From a virus, in the IMG/VR virus record IMGVR_UViG_3300014838_000020, positions 1-64,000 of that record: 64,000 nt of DNA; one strand, written 5' to 3'. The position numbers were made by a program, and so were the translations under genes. The notes beneath the pieces are model-generated. The model did no database searches. It was not told where the DNA came from and saw only the letters and a list, made by a program, of their open reading frames with translations. This document shows, piece after piece, positions 9,653 to 19,705 of this stretch (position 1 is its first letter; each line of letters begins with the position of its first letter).

Positions 9653-10567
9653 ATGCCATCAAGATACATTCAAGTTTCACTCCAGCCAGGAGTTGGTCAG
9701 GCCATTTTACCTGATCATCGTAAACTTCTACCCGGACAGACTCTTACTATTGACTATGATACGTTCAAAAAGATCACATTACAGGCTCGTCAAAACTTAC
9801 TATCATTCACCCCAGTCAGTGACTCTGTAACAACTGCTAGCGGATTTGTCCCTGCACAGACAGGAACTGGAGTCAACGCTCAGCTAAACATCCAGTCTGC
9901 TCTATACACTGTTAGCGCAACTCCAATTAACTACAATGCTGCAGGATTCTCAGCTCAGGGTTTCACTGATCCTCTTACTAATACTGGTGTTGGTATCAAC
10001 CAGTCTAACTTTGGTTATGCTACTAATAATGACTTCACTGGCCCTGCTGGAGAACGCTATACCTATGTCTTTAATGCTGGTGTAAATATTTCAGGTACTC
10101 AGGTACTAGTCTGGTCTGACAAGAAAAACCGATTTGTTACCAATCAGCGTCCCTCTTATCAGGTAGCCAGGGATGGTCTAGGAACTCAGTACCCCGTTAC
10201 ATTTACTGACAGTACTACTAACCCTACTACAGTTGGTACAGAACAAGGTCAGTTTGCTGGTGTTGCTTTGGTTAACATTCCTAGTGGATACTTTGGTTTT
10301 ATTCAAATTGAGGGATTCTGCCCAGCTGTTACAGTTAGTGGTGCAGTAACCAATGGTGCAACTCTAGCTGTCGGTGGTATCGGTGTAGCTGTATATCAGC
10401 CTTCTGCTCTTACTACCACTACTACCAATGGTATTGTATCTGGATCGGCTCTTTCTAACAACGTATTTGGCACGGCTCTAGTTAGTGGAACTAACTCTAC
10501 AGTTGCTGCTGATATTCGTAGTACTAAGTCTAAGCCGATTTATCAGCGTTTTCTTAACAAGAACTAA
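9653..10567 (+). CDS. Virion structural protein (C-terminal half decoration/cement-like)
   Basis: T/G/V-rich; FAGVALVNIPSGYFGFIQIEG...AVTNGATL motif. Confidence 0.5.
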   Translation: MPSRYIQVSLQPGVGQAILPDHRKLLPGQTLTIDYDTFKKITLQARQNLLSFTPVSDSVTTASGFVPAQTGTGVNAQLNIQSALYTVSATPINYNAAGFSAQGFTDPLTNTGVGINQSNFGYATNNDFTGPAGERYTYVFNAGVNISGTQVLVWSDKKNRFVTNQRPSYQVARDGLGTQYPVTFTDSTTNPTTVGTEQGQFAGVALVNIPSGYFGFIQIEGFCPAVTVSGAVTNGATLAVGGIGVAVYQPSALTTTTTNGIVSGSALSNNVFGTALVSGTNSTVAADIRSTKSKPIYQRFLNKN

Positions 10568-10598
10568 TTAACTTTTAATCAATTAGTCTCTAATTCAT

Positions 10599-10627
10599 TC
10601 GACAATTTAACCAATTTGTGATATAAT
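10599..10627 (+). promoter_or_regulatory. sigma70-type promoter for the tail chaperone gene
   Basis: TCGACA-17 nt-TATAAT. Confidence 0.6.
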
Positions 10628-10664
10628 TTTAGTATAAATATAATTATAATACAAAGGAATAACA

Positions 10665-11129
10665 TTGTCTGATCTGACTTTTGATGATAGGTGGAAGCAA
10701 GACTTTGAGGGTTTACTTTTTTTAGGTAAACTCGAAAAGGAAGTTACTTCTATACCATCACATAAATTTTTAGTTCGTACTTTAACGGTTAACGAACAAC
10801 TAGAGGTTCTTCTCATAACTCAGCCATATGCTGATGGTATTGGCTATGCCAGAGCATATAAAGCAGCCGTAGTAGCTGCTGGACTTGTTAGCATTGATGG
10901 CAAAGAATTAATCCCAACGGATAAAAAAACTGCTGTTCTGCGACAAAAATGGGACTATGTTACCAATGGATGGTATGAACCAGTAATTGATGTTCTTTAC
11001 GAAGAAATTGACCAATTACACGCTCGTATGATTGAAGTATGCCAAGAAGTTGGTGTACTCCCCAAAGATGATGAAGATTTAGCACAAATCTTCGTAGAGA
11101 ACGGTGGTAGTGAAGACCCAAAAGAATAG
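10665..11129 (+). CDS. Tail assembly chaperone (gpG-like)
   Basis: Between tube and tape measure; VRTLTVNEQLE; ends at the slippery site; TTG start with AAGGA RBS. Confidence 0.8.
   Translation: MSDLTFDDRWKQDFEGLLFLGKLEKEVTSIPSHKFLVRTLTVNEQLEVLLITQPYADGIGYARAYKAAVVAAGLVSIDGKELIPTDKKTAVLRQKWDYVTNGWYEPVIDVLYEEIDQLHARMIEVCQEVGVLPKDDEDLAQIFVENGGSEDPKE
11117..11123 (+). other. Programmed -1 ribosomal frameshift heptamer C CCA AAA
   Basis: X XXY YYZ heptamer one codon before the TAG; the -1 frame (P K R I E V D P Y V M Y H) is open and in frame with ORF 11147. Confidence 0.8.
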
Positions 11130-11146
11130 AAGTAGACCCTTACGTT

Positions 11147-11530
11147 ATGTACCACGTTAAAGTGGCTCGTGAAAGGGGTCTACTAAATGATAAAAATGGG
11201 AACTTACTCCACGAAAGATTATTGATGCAAGAACTCTTCAATGATAAGGTAAAGGAAGCTAATTCTATTGATGAAGAATTAGAGTCACAACTCTTTCTCC
11301 ACCGTCCTGATATTTGGGAAGGTATTCAAAAAGAACGAGAAGAAGCTAATGCTATGGGTCTCGATAAAATTGTTTATCATCCTGCACCAGAAACAATGGA
11401 AGAATACCTTGAACTTGAAAAGATGTTCGATCAATTTGAAGATATCCAATTTGTTCCCGTTGATTCTGAACAACTACCAGAAGCTACATTCTTTAATGGC
11501 GTACCAATCGAAGAACTCGGTGACAATTAA
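11147..11530 (+). CDS. Tail assembly chaperone extension (gpT-like, reached by frameshift)
   Basis: Lies in the -1 frame of the upstream chaperone; no good RBS; directly precedes tape measure. Confidence 0.7.
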   Translation: MYHVKVARERGLLNDKNGNLLHERLLMQELFNDKVKEANSIDEELESQLFLHRPDIWEGIQKEREEANAMGLDKIVYHPAPETMEEYLELEKMFDQFEDIQFVPVDSEQLPEATFFNGVPIEELGDN

Positions 11531-11532
11531 AA

Positions 11533-14133
11533 ATGACTGACAACATTACTGGTTTCGGTAGTGGTGCAGACGAGATCAGTCTTGGGTTAAACCTTAATTC
11601 TAATGTTGGTAGTGTCAAAAATGATTTTGGTGCTGTTGATCAAATATTGCAACAAATGGTCAAAGATCAAGAAACCTTTAATGGCCTTCAAAATGACTCT
11701 TTTGATAAGATAAAAGCAACTGCTCAAGAAATTAGAAATTCTGCTGAACAAGCTCAACAGTTGGTCAGTATTTTTAGAACTCTACGTGGGGAACAAGAGG
11801 GGACTGTTCAAAGTGCCAAGCAATTGGTGACAATTTATCAACAAATGAACAACGAGCTTCAGAAGGCCCAACAGAACCAAGCTAGGCTAGGAATCACCTC
11901 TCCAGGAGCCTCTGTACCGGGCTCTATACCCCCTACAGGCGGTCCTGGACCGATTCCGGGGGTACCTGCCACCCAGACTGGTTCTGGGGGTTCTGGGGGC
12001 ATTAAACCCCCTAATACAAGTGGTGGTGCTGGGTATGCTGACGAACCTGATGACTTCTTTGGCAGAGAAGAGATTAAATCAGGCGGTCGGCGTTCTTCTG
12101 GTCGTAGACCTTCTGATATAGATATAGGAGGAGCGGACCCCTCAGAATATGACGACATAGACCTGACTCCAAGTGGTGTAGTCGGTGGTGGTGGAGGAGG
12201 GATGGCACGCAGAGCAACTGCAAGTGGTGAACATTACAAGCAAATTTCTGACATGTCTTTGGCTCTGTTTCCACAGCAAGGATATTATCGAAACCTTCGT
12301 AGGGCTAGGTGGCTAACTCGTAATGAGGGCAGTACCATTAATAAATTTACTAGTTCTAAAGCTGGCCAAAGAATGGGGATGGCCCTCAATAGACTTGGTG
12401 GTGGCCAAAAGTTAAGAACTAACGAAGGCTACCAATTATTCCCATTTTCTCAAGATGAAAATGGAAACTACGTTGACGATAGTAGTAGTACAGTTTATGG
12501 TCTAAAAAATTCCGAGGGACAATTTTTATCTCAAGGTGGTCCTGGTGTGGAACGACCAAAATGGGCATGGAGCGGTGAAGGAGAAATGCCTCCAATGCCT
12601 GGTCCAGAATCAACTCCTCAACCATTTGATCCTTGGCAACGTCCAAACTTGAATTCCACTGGTGAGGGTGCAGCAAAAATTGCTGGATCGATGTATGCAG
12701 CAAGGATGATTAAAGCTAAGGGTGGAGATCTTTTTAGAGAAGGACAACTCTATACTGGTATTACTGGTGGAACTGGTATTCGTGGTGCATTGGGTTATGA
12801 CGTTGGTGCTCAGGCAACTAGTTGGTTTGGACTTAATCCCTTAGAGTCATATGGACAAGCTAAGCAGATCACCATGCAAAATCTTTCATTAGGTTATCGT
12901 GGTAATTTACTAAATCAGGCTAACTCATTTGGTAACCAGGCTCTGCAAAAGTATGGAGTAGACCCTCAAACATCTATGCAGATGTTTGGACAGATGGTTA
13001 TGCAAGCCGGTGCGTCATTAAATGAACTCAATGCATCTCTAGACACATTAGCACACACTGCGAGTACAACCGACACCAGTTTTTCACAATTACAACAAAG
13101 TGTAATACAGTACTCGCAACTTGGTGCTAGTTTTGGTTTAACTGGTGGACAGAATGCAGCATTTGCTACAGCTGCAGCCCAATATGCTGCTGGACAACCT
13201 GGTTTAGCAGCAACTGGTGCCAACCCTGCAGATATTCTAGACAGTATGATCGGTCAAGCATTAGTTGCCCAACAGATGGGAACAAGTTTTCTTGGATTAC
13301 CTGGTGCTTCTCAAAGTCAAGGAGCCATGGGTGTATTAAGCGGTGAAATAAAAGCAAATCAATCTTTAATTAGTAGAATTGGAATTACCAAAGATAATTA
13401 TCAAAATAGTCAAGTTTTGGAAAATTCATTTCAAAAGTTTAAATTATTGATGTCATCTCTGGGATTAAAGAAGCAAGCAGACATGTCGTATAGTACTTAT
13501 GTTAAATATATACACGATTTGTATGATGGTAAACAAAAACGAGAACTCAACAAAACCTTAACATCTACCTTTGCTAGTGATATAGGTCAAAAACCAGGAG
13601 AAAGTGTAAAACAAGCTATTGCTGGTGCTGTCGCTGCTACTGATTGGTTGGATATAGATGGTAAAAAACTCACAATTTCTGCAATTTCTACTGAAATGCA
13701 GAATCTTGAAACTAAGAATAAGTGGAAAAATATCGGTGTTGATGTTAACGGAAAATTCATGAGTTTAAGTGATATAGAGCAATTACCTACTGGACGCCGT
13801 GAAGCTTTAGAAGCAAGGATTGCTACAGGCGATCAACCTCTTTCTCATATAAATCAGCATGGTAAAAAAATTAAAGGTACTTACGCTAGTGGTACTCTAC
13901 TTGATCTTCAACATGAATCGGCAGAACAGTTTAATAAATTTGGTAGAACACCTAATAGGGCAGCAATGCAAAAAGCTGAGAGAGGTGCTATGCAGATTGA
14001 ACTTGGCCCGAAGGCTCAAAAACTATTTATGCTATTAGAAGACCCTAGTAATCTTAACCGGGATCTTAATAAATGGGCGAAAAAGCACGGATTATCTACC
14101 ACTGAATGGGGCAACCAGAGAACTGGTAACTAA
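11533..14133 (+). CDS. Tape measure protein
   Basis: Follows the frameshifted chaperone pair; A/Q/G-rich helical segments, N-terminal coiled coil and a P/G-rich linker. Confidence 0.75.
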   Translation: MTDNITGFGSGADEISLGLNLNSNVGSVKNDFGAVDQILQQMVKDQETFNGLQNDSFDKIKATAQEIRNSAEQAQQLVSIFRTLRGEQEGTVQSAKQLVTIYQQMNNELQKAQQNQARLGITSPGASVPGSIPPTGGPGPIPGVPATQTGSGGSGGIKPPNTSGGAGYADEPDDFFGREEIKSGGRRSSGRRPSDIDIGGADPSEYDDIDLTPSGVVGGGGGGMARRATASGEHYKQISDMSLALFPQQGYYRNLRRARWLTRNEGSTINKFTSSKAGQRMGMALNRLGGGQKLRTNEGYQLFPFSQDENGNYVDDSSSTVYGLKNSEGQFLSQGGPGVERPKWAWSGEGEMPPMPGPESTPQPFDPWQRPNLNSTGEGAAKIAGSMYAARMIKAKGGDLFREGQLYTGITGGTGIRGALGYDVGAQATSWFGLNPLESYGQAKQITMQNLSLGYRGNLLNQANSFGNQALQKYGVDPQTSMQMFGQMVMQAGASLNELNASLDTLAHTASTTDTSFSQLQQSVIQYSQLGASFGLTGGQNAAFATAAAQYAAGQPGLAATGANPADILDSMIGQALVAQQMGTSFLGLPGASQSQGAMGVLSGEIKANQSLISRIGITKDNYQNSQVLENSFQKFKLLMSSLGLKKQADMSYSTYVKYIHDLYDGKQKRELNKTLTSTFASDIGQKPGESVKQAIAGAVAATDWLDIDGKKLTISAISTEMQNLETKNKWKNIGVDVNGKFMSLSDIEQLPTGRREALEARIATGDQPLSHINQHGKKIKGTYASGTLLDLQHESAEQFNKFGRTPNRAAMQKAERGAMQIELGPKAQKLFMLLEDPSNLNRDLNKWAKKHGLSTTEWGNQRTGN

Positions 14134-14816
14134 TGACTACCACTGGTTCAATCAACAAAAACTATCGGCATAAAACTGCGTATTTGGCTAATAATCAAAA
14201 AACAATACTTTTAACTTTGCCATTTTCTCCTAATTCACTTGAATGGAGTTATACCTTAAATAAAGTGAGTTATGACACTTATGGGGGTCGTGTAACCCAA
14301 CTTATCTCAGTAAAGATTGATCAAATGTCATTGCAGGCAGATGCTGGTAGTAGACAAAATCTAATGAATATATATACGATTATTAAACAATTGCAGGAAG
14401 ACCAAATTGTTAATCGACTACCTCTCGTTTTAACAGTTCCTGCTGATAGTACTGTAAAGCCAAGTACTCCTATTACTCTCTCTTTATGGTACAGTGACAT
14501 GCAAATCGGATTTGATCCAACAACTGTTACTTACCCTTATATAATAAATTTTAACGTAGCCGATGAAAGTTATCCTAATACTTCTTATAGTAGTTTGAGT
14601 AAGATTATAACTAATGCTGAAATAAAAGGTTTGTTCGCTAAGTCTCCTGGTAATAATGAAATTGACTTTGGTACTACTTCTTCTTTAACGTATGCAGGTC
14701 TACAAAATCTAACTAGTGCTCAGGCTGCTGCTAAGAAGACAGCCACCAAAGGGCTAACCTTCCCTAAAGAAGGCCAAATAATCCCCGATCTTGGTTCAGG
14801 AAGTGTGGTACAATAA
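14133..14816 (+). CDS. Baseplate/tube-initiator-like protein
   Basis: PFSPNSLEWSY...TYGGRVTQL motif; position after tape measure. Confidence 0.55.
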   Translation: MTTTGSINKNYRHKTAYLANNQKTILLTLPFSPNSLEWSYTLNKVSYDTYGGRVTQLISVKIDQMSLQADAGSRQNLMNIYTIIKQLQEDQIVNRLPLVLTVPADSTVKPSTPITLSLWYSDMQIGFDPTTVTYPYIINFNVADESYPNTSYSSLSKIITNAEIKGLFAKSPGNNEIDFGTTSSLTYAGLQNLTSAQAAAKKTATKGLTFPKEGQIIPDLGSGSVVQ

Positions 14817-14980
14817 TGGCTGTTAGCCCTAATGCATCATGTCCAGTTAGTGGACCAATTTATCAAGAAGATTTAGAAATAGCTAATTTAGGGTCTTTTT
14901 CATGGTCAAATTACAATGGTATTGTACATACCTCAACTACTTTAGACATTGAAGATGCTAATGAATGGATACCAGAGTAA
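14816..14980 (+). CDS. Small 54-aa protein not in the ORF track (MAVSPNASCPVSGP...EWIPE)
   Basis: Fills the gap exactly with TAATG stop/start overlaps at both ends. Confidence 0.75.
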   Translation: MAVSPNASCPVSGPIYQEDLEIANLGSFSWSNYNGIVHTSTTLDIEDANEWIPE

Positions 14981-15753
14981 TGGCTATCTTTAGTGGGAAT
15001 GGTGTAGGTACAGGTACTCTCAGGAGTAACCCTATCAAGGGTATTTTCAAACCTACAGCTAATGCTCATTTGGCATTAACTGATCGAAATGGTAATTCAC
15101 TGTTAGACACCGATATAGATATATTATCTTTTAGTACTGCTTCCTATACTCAGTATGACCAAGATCAGGTACAGCGTGGTTTAGCGTGGATGCCAATTCG
15201 TCGTTCAGAAATGTTCATAGATTTCAGTATTATTTGGCCATTTATGAGTAAACAACGACCAGATGCATTTGAAGAAATGCAGTCTTTTCAAAATGCTATT
15301 AGAGTGCATCAACAAGAATCTGTTCTTACTAGAGGTTCTCCTTACCCGGCAGTTCTGCATTACTACAACAATAGTAATAACCAGTCCCCAACGATTACTA
15401 ATAATCTTCCGCATCTTGGAAATAGTGCAAATTTAGTAACCGATGTAAAGAATTTAACGAATAATACAAATGCTAACCAATTGCAACCTTTGGTATATCA
15501 AGGATGGATTGATACCTCAAACAAAATATACCAGCGTTTTAAATCATATTTTGTGACATATTATCATATGAATATACTCAATAGTACAGATGATATTAGC
15601 TATGCCAGTACTCTATCTGCATTAGGTCTGGGTGCTACTGCGTCCATAACACCTCCTGCTATTAGCAGCTCATCATTTAATCCAACAGCTATTAATTCAA
15701 ACTATACAGTCGGTCCTGTAGATATTAATCAAATAACGGGAATCATTAATTAA
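14980..15753 (+). CDS. Baseplate/tail structural protein (likely start ATG 14980)
   Basis: TAATG coupling to the upstream small ORF; position in the baseplate cluster. Confidence 0.55.
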   Translation: MAIFSGNGVGTGTLRSNPIKGIFKPTANAHLALTDRNGNSLLDTDIDILSFSTASYTQYDQDQVQRGLAWMPIRRSEMFIDFSIIWPFMSKQRPDAFEEMQSFQNAIRVHQQESVLTRGSPYPAVLHYYNNSNNQSPTITNNLPHLGNSANLVTDVKNLTNNTNANQLQPLVYQGWIDTSNKIYQRFKSYFVTYYHMNILNSTDDISYASTLSALGLGATASITPPAISSSSFNPTAINSNYTVGPVDINQITGIIN

Positions 15754-15755
15754 CC

Positions 15756-18524
15756 ATGGCTCTCGGTCAGAACGAACAGTTTTTCTATTCCCCAGACGTT
15801 AGAATATTCATTAATAGTCTAACACAGGGTGGTATTATAGAAGTAAGCGATGACTTTATGTCCCTTACTATAGAGCGTAATATCAATGCAGTTAGTACCG
15901 CTAGTATATATTTAGCTAACAATGGTTTTAAATACACTCCAGCATCAAAGAATTTTACAGCAGCTAAGGTGCAGTCACCAGTAATTAATACAATGGATGA
16001 AATAATAATTTTTCTCAAAAAAGAAAGTTATTATCAGTACTTTACTGGATTCGTGATATATGCACCAATAGTTACTTTGATCCCTGAGCCAATCGTAATT
16101 AATTGTAGTTGTACGCTATATAAAGCTCAAAATAGCTATTGGGATGCTGGGGCAATTGAGTATGAAGGTATCATTCCTGGAATTTTACAGAATGCACAAA
16201 TATTCGGTGGTAGCGTACAAAATAATGATGGTGGAGTAGCAACTGGAATAATTAATCTGCTAACGAAAGTAGCTAATTGGACTGCAAAAGATATTCATAT
16301 TGGTGGTATTCCATCCCAATGGGTTAGTTTTGCTACTGATATCTATAAGCAAACTCAGATTACATTAAAAGATGAGAATGCTACAAGTTTCAAAGATATT
16401 ATAAATTATCTAGAAGTAACCGGTGGTGTTTCTAAGTCGGTGTCCTTGGCAACTACAAAAGGTAAAACTGGTATTGGTAATGGTACCGTTGCCTCTCTTG
16501 GGGTTAAGGGTGCTCCAGAAGGTACTGCTATTTTAGGAATTACTAGCGGTGAAACTATAACTGCCACATTTGATACCATATCTGATTTGTCTAATAACTC
16601 TGGTGCTGATGATATTGTAAAAAATCCTAGTGGCATATCGTATTGGGTAGCTGCACCGTTTACTTACTGGGCTAGTAATGTTGGAGATCCAACATCTGCT
16701 AAACAATGGCTACAAGGAGCCGCAAACCCTGATATATACCCTACTGCAGCACAAATTGGTAGAATACTTCTAATAAGTAATACTGTAACCCACAAACACG
16801 TTCAAGTCCATGTTGTGTACGCAACACAACAAAAACTTCTTAATGGTGCTGACATCATTTTATCGGAAGCTGCTTTTACCTATCTAGGTGGAGATCTTTC
16901 TCCTGGTGCTCCTAAGACAATAGATAATATCTCTGTTGATGCTTGGGTAAATGCCACTGATGAAACATTAAAAGGTGGACCAGTTGTTCAAACTGTAGCA
17001 CCTACAAAGTCAGAACAACCAACACCAGATGGTACTTATCCACAGTGGGAATACAATTTACTTAATCCTACATTGATAAATAGTAGTTTATCATCATCAG
17101 CACAGTTACCATCAACTACTAGTACCAAAAAGGGTACTAAAGGACAAGAAGCAGCTGCTTGGGCTGCAACACAGATTGGTGGTACCTACGTTTGGGGTGG
17201 AGGACATGATACAACTGGTGCATCACATGGAAAACCCGGAGATACACAAGATCCAGATTATGCAACTCAACTTGGTTTCGACTGTTCTGGACTCGTAGGT
17301 TGGGCTTGGAGTAAAGCCGGTGTTGATGGACTACTTGGAGATACTGGTGAACAACTTAATTCAAATGTAGGACAGAGAATAGCAGGTTATGGTACTATTG
17401 ATCCAAGTCTTCTAGAGCCTGGTGACCTAATCTTTTATGGTGGAACTGAAGTTCTCCCAGAACATGTTGTAATGTATTACAAGGATGGTTATGTTGTCGA
17501 TGCAGAAGATAGTCAAGATGGTATAGTAAAACAACAGTTCTATAATAGTTCCCAATCATTTCCTATACAGGGAGTTAGAAGACCTTCACCCAGTAAACAA
17601 ATTGTTAATTACTCAATTAATATAGGTGGTGGAGGTACCGCTAGCACTGCAACACCAGCAGGTCTAAGTAAGGCTGGTGGCAATTTTAACTATAACACTA
17701 CTCAAGGGGTAGTTGGCTTTGATGTTAATTCAACAGTCCTAGCTGGTAGTCCACGAGCATTTGTAACTGATGTCCCAGTTCTTTCAACCATTGGTACTTT
17801 ATCTACTATGGGTTTAAGAGAATTCCAGAGTGGACCAGATGGTAGCTTTTTGGCTTGGTATCCTGATTATTTTGGACTATATGGAACTGCTCCAGTACTC
17901 AGTATTTATGATATTGAAATAATTGACTTCAGTATTTATCATGATGACACCCAGTTATATACACATATTGGTGTTAGTGGTGACCCAACTGAAGTTGGTG
18001 ATGTTTCTTTGGTTGACTGGCTGATGACTAATGGGATTATAACAATTGAGAATAATGCTGTTTTAGGATTATTATTTGGTACCGATCCTGCAACCATGCT
18101 TACCTCTATGAATAGCTTGTCATCACAAGGAATTAATATTAATACATTTGCCAAGGAATTCCTAAAGAGATATGGTATGAGACCATATGTTGATTCTGAA
18201 CCAATGATCCGTTCAGAACTGATGGAATTCATGTATGCCTTACAGGAATTCTTATACTTGTGGTCACAGCAATACGCTACCAACGTTACATTCACTTTTA
18301 TGCCTGAACTGTATCCTGGAATGATAGCTAACATCGTTGAGCATGGACTCCAAGTCTATGTCCAATCAGTAAGTCAAAGTTGCTCACGAGATGGAGGGTT
18401 TACAACTAGTGCAGTAGTAACATGTCCAACTAGAATTATTGGTAAAAAGAAAGTTAATGGAAAACTTGTAAACAATGTAGTTCCACTTGACTTTGGATAT
18501 CCTATTCAATTACAAAATGGTTAA
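15756..18524 (+). CDS. Baseplate hub protein with internal NlpC/P60 peptidase and a possible RlpA/DPBB-like domain
   Basis: Hub-type N- and C-termini (FMPELYPGM..VQSVSQS..GGFTT); TYVWGG..GFDCSGLVGWAW..PGDLIFY..HVVMY at about 17140-17590. Confidence 0.8.
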   Translation: MALGQNEQFFYSPDVRIFINSLTQGGIIEVSDDFMSLTIERNINAVSTASIYLANNGFKYTPASKNFTAAKVQSPVINTMDEIIIFLKKESYYQYFTGFVIYAPIVTLIPEPIVINCSCTLYKAQNSYWDAGAIEYEGIIPGILQNAQIFGGSVQNNDGGVATGIINLLTKVANWTAKDIHIGGIPSQWVSFATDIYKQTQITLKDENATSFKDIINYLEVTGGVSKSVSLATTKGKTGIGNGTVASLGVKGAPEGTAILGITSGETITATFDTISDLSNNSGADDIVKNPSGISYWVAAPFTYWASNVGDPTSAKQWLQGAANPDIYPTAAQIGRILLISNTVTHKHVQVHVVYATQQKLLNGADIILSEAAFTYLGGDLSPGAPKTIDNISVDAWVNATDETLKGGPVVQTVAPTKSEQPTPDGTYPQWEYNLLNPTLINSSLSSSAQLPSTTSTKKGTKGQEAAAWAATQIGGTYVWGGGHDTTGASHGKPGDTQDPDYATQLGFDCSGLVGWAWSKAGVDGLLGDTGEQLNSNVGQRIAGYGTIDPSLLEPGDLIFYGGTEVLPEHVVMYYKDGYVVDAEDSQDGIVKQQFYNSSQSFPIQGVRRPSPSKQIVNYSINIGGGGTASTATPAGLSKAGGNFNYNTTQGVVGFDVNSTVLAGSPRAFVTDVPVLSTIGTLSTMGLREFQSGPDGSFLAWYPDYFGLYGTAPVLSIYDIEIIDFSIYHDDTQLYTHIGVSGDPTEVGDVSLVDWLMTNGIITIENNAVLGLLFGTDPATMLTSMNSLSSQGININTFAKEFLKRYGMRPYVDSEPMIRSELMEFMYALQEFLYLWSQQYATNVTFTFMPELYPGMIANIVEHGLQVYVQSVSQSCSRDGGFTTSAVVTCPTRIIGKKKVNGKLVNNVVPLDFGYPIQLQNG

Positions 18525-18525
18525 T

Positions 18526-18554
18526 TTGATTAATGTAATGAAATATGGTATAAT
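18526..18554 (+). promoter_or_regulatory. sigma70-type promoter with a very short leader
   Basis: TTGATT-17 nt-TATAAT with TG extended -10; ATG 9 nt downstream. Confidence 0.5.
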
Positions 18555-18563
18555 TGATAAATA

Positions 18564-19217
18564 ATGGTTTTAAGTCAAACCTCCCCTCTTGGCAAATTAG
18601 CTGGTGTAACTCGTAGAGTAACATTAATACATGAACCCACCTACTCTACTTCAACAGGTAGTTGGTTAGTTAATGGATTAGATGCTGATAAACAACAGTG
18701 GCAGATCGATCTAACAGTTCTTCCTCCTGGCATTACAAAAGATATGATTAAGGCTGGCCAACAATGGTTCATAGAACGCTCGACTACCTATAATCGTTTA
18801 TTTAAATATGTTGGAGAATTCGTTGTAGAAAATCAACTCAGAATGAGTACTACACTGCCTCTAAGTTCATGGAAATTTCCTTTAAATACATGGAATAATA
18901 TAACTTATAATACATATTTGGTAACTCAATCTGGATCAGCTGGTATTACTATTTATAGTGGTGGTACTTTTTATGTGCCATTCCCTGGATTATACTCCGT
19001 AACTTCATATTTAACGAACTCTGCTGGAACTATTCTTAATCGCGTATATTCTTCTGCATTAGATAGTAATTATCCCACTTCTAATTATACCAATACTGAG
19101 ATTCTCTGCCTAACGAGTGGCAATTTAAGTTTTATAATACAGGGTAATCCTACCGCCAGTGGTCAAATTACTGGTTATGCCTCAATTACCTATGCTGGAC
19201 CGATTATATCCAACTGA
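18564..19217 (+). CDS. Baseplate spike/structural protein with C1q-like C-terminal region
   Basis: Position after the hub; GTFYVPFPGLYSVT motif. Confidence 0.45.
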   Translation: MVLSQTSPLGKLAGVTRRVTLIHEPTYSTSTGSWLVNGLDADKQQWQIDLTVLPPGITKDMIKAGQQWFIERSTTYNRLFKYVGEFVVENQLRMSTTLPLSSWKFPLNTWNNITYNTYLVTQSGSAGITIYSGGTFYVPFPGLYSVTSYLTNSAGTILNRVYSSALDSNYPTSNYTNTEILCLTSGNLSFIIQGNPTASGQITGYASITYAGPIISN

Positions 19218-19244
19218 AACTTGAATTAGGTACTGAGAGATAAG

Positions 19245-19703
19245 ATGAAGACATTAACTGTGCAGAATGGGGATCTGCAACTCGATAGTTCAGGTAGATT
19301 AACCTTTCAGACGGGTTCCAATAAGTTAGTCCAAGACCTAACTTTATGGCTAGAGGAACCAATCGGTACTGGTTTTACTACGCCTAACTTTGGTAGTATT
19401 CTCCCCAATCTAATTGGACAGGTTTTTACTCCTTATTTATCTGCTCAAATACAAGCTGAAACTTTAAGGATATTTACTCTCTATCAACAGAATCAAATTT
19501 CTGCTCTTAAGAATGCCCAAAATTTGTCACAATTAGGTAATTGGAATAAATCTGAAATTATTAACTCAGTCGATAATATAAGTGTATACCCGGATTCTAA
19601 CCTACCAACAATGATAGATGTAACTGTAGATATTACTACATTGTCCAATACCAGTTTGACCATCAATCTATTTGTCACTTCTAATGGTATACAGGTAAGC
19701 TAA
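19245..19703 (+). CDS. Baseplate wedge protein, gp25/W-like
   Basis: MKTLTVQNGDL...KLVQDLTLWLEEPIG...PNFGSIL motif. Confidence 0.8.
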   Translation: MKTLTVQNGDLQLDSSGRLTFQTGSNKLVQDLTLWLEEPIGTGFTTPNFGSILPNLIGQVFTPYLSAQIQAETLRIFTLYQQNQISALKNAQNLSQLGNWNKSEIINSVDNISVYPDSNLPTMIDVTVDITTLSNTSLTINLFVTSNGIQVS

Positions 19704-19705
19704 AA

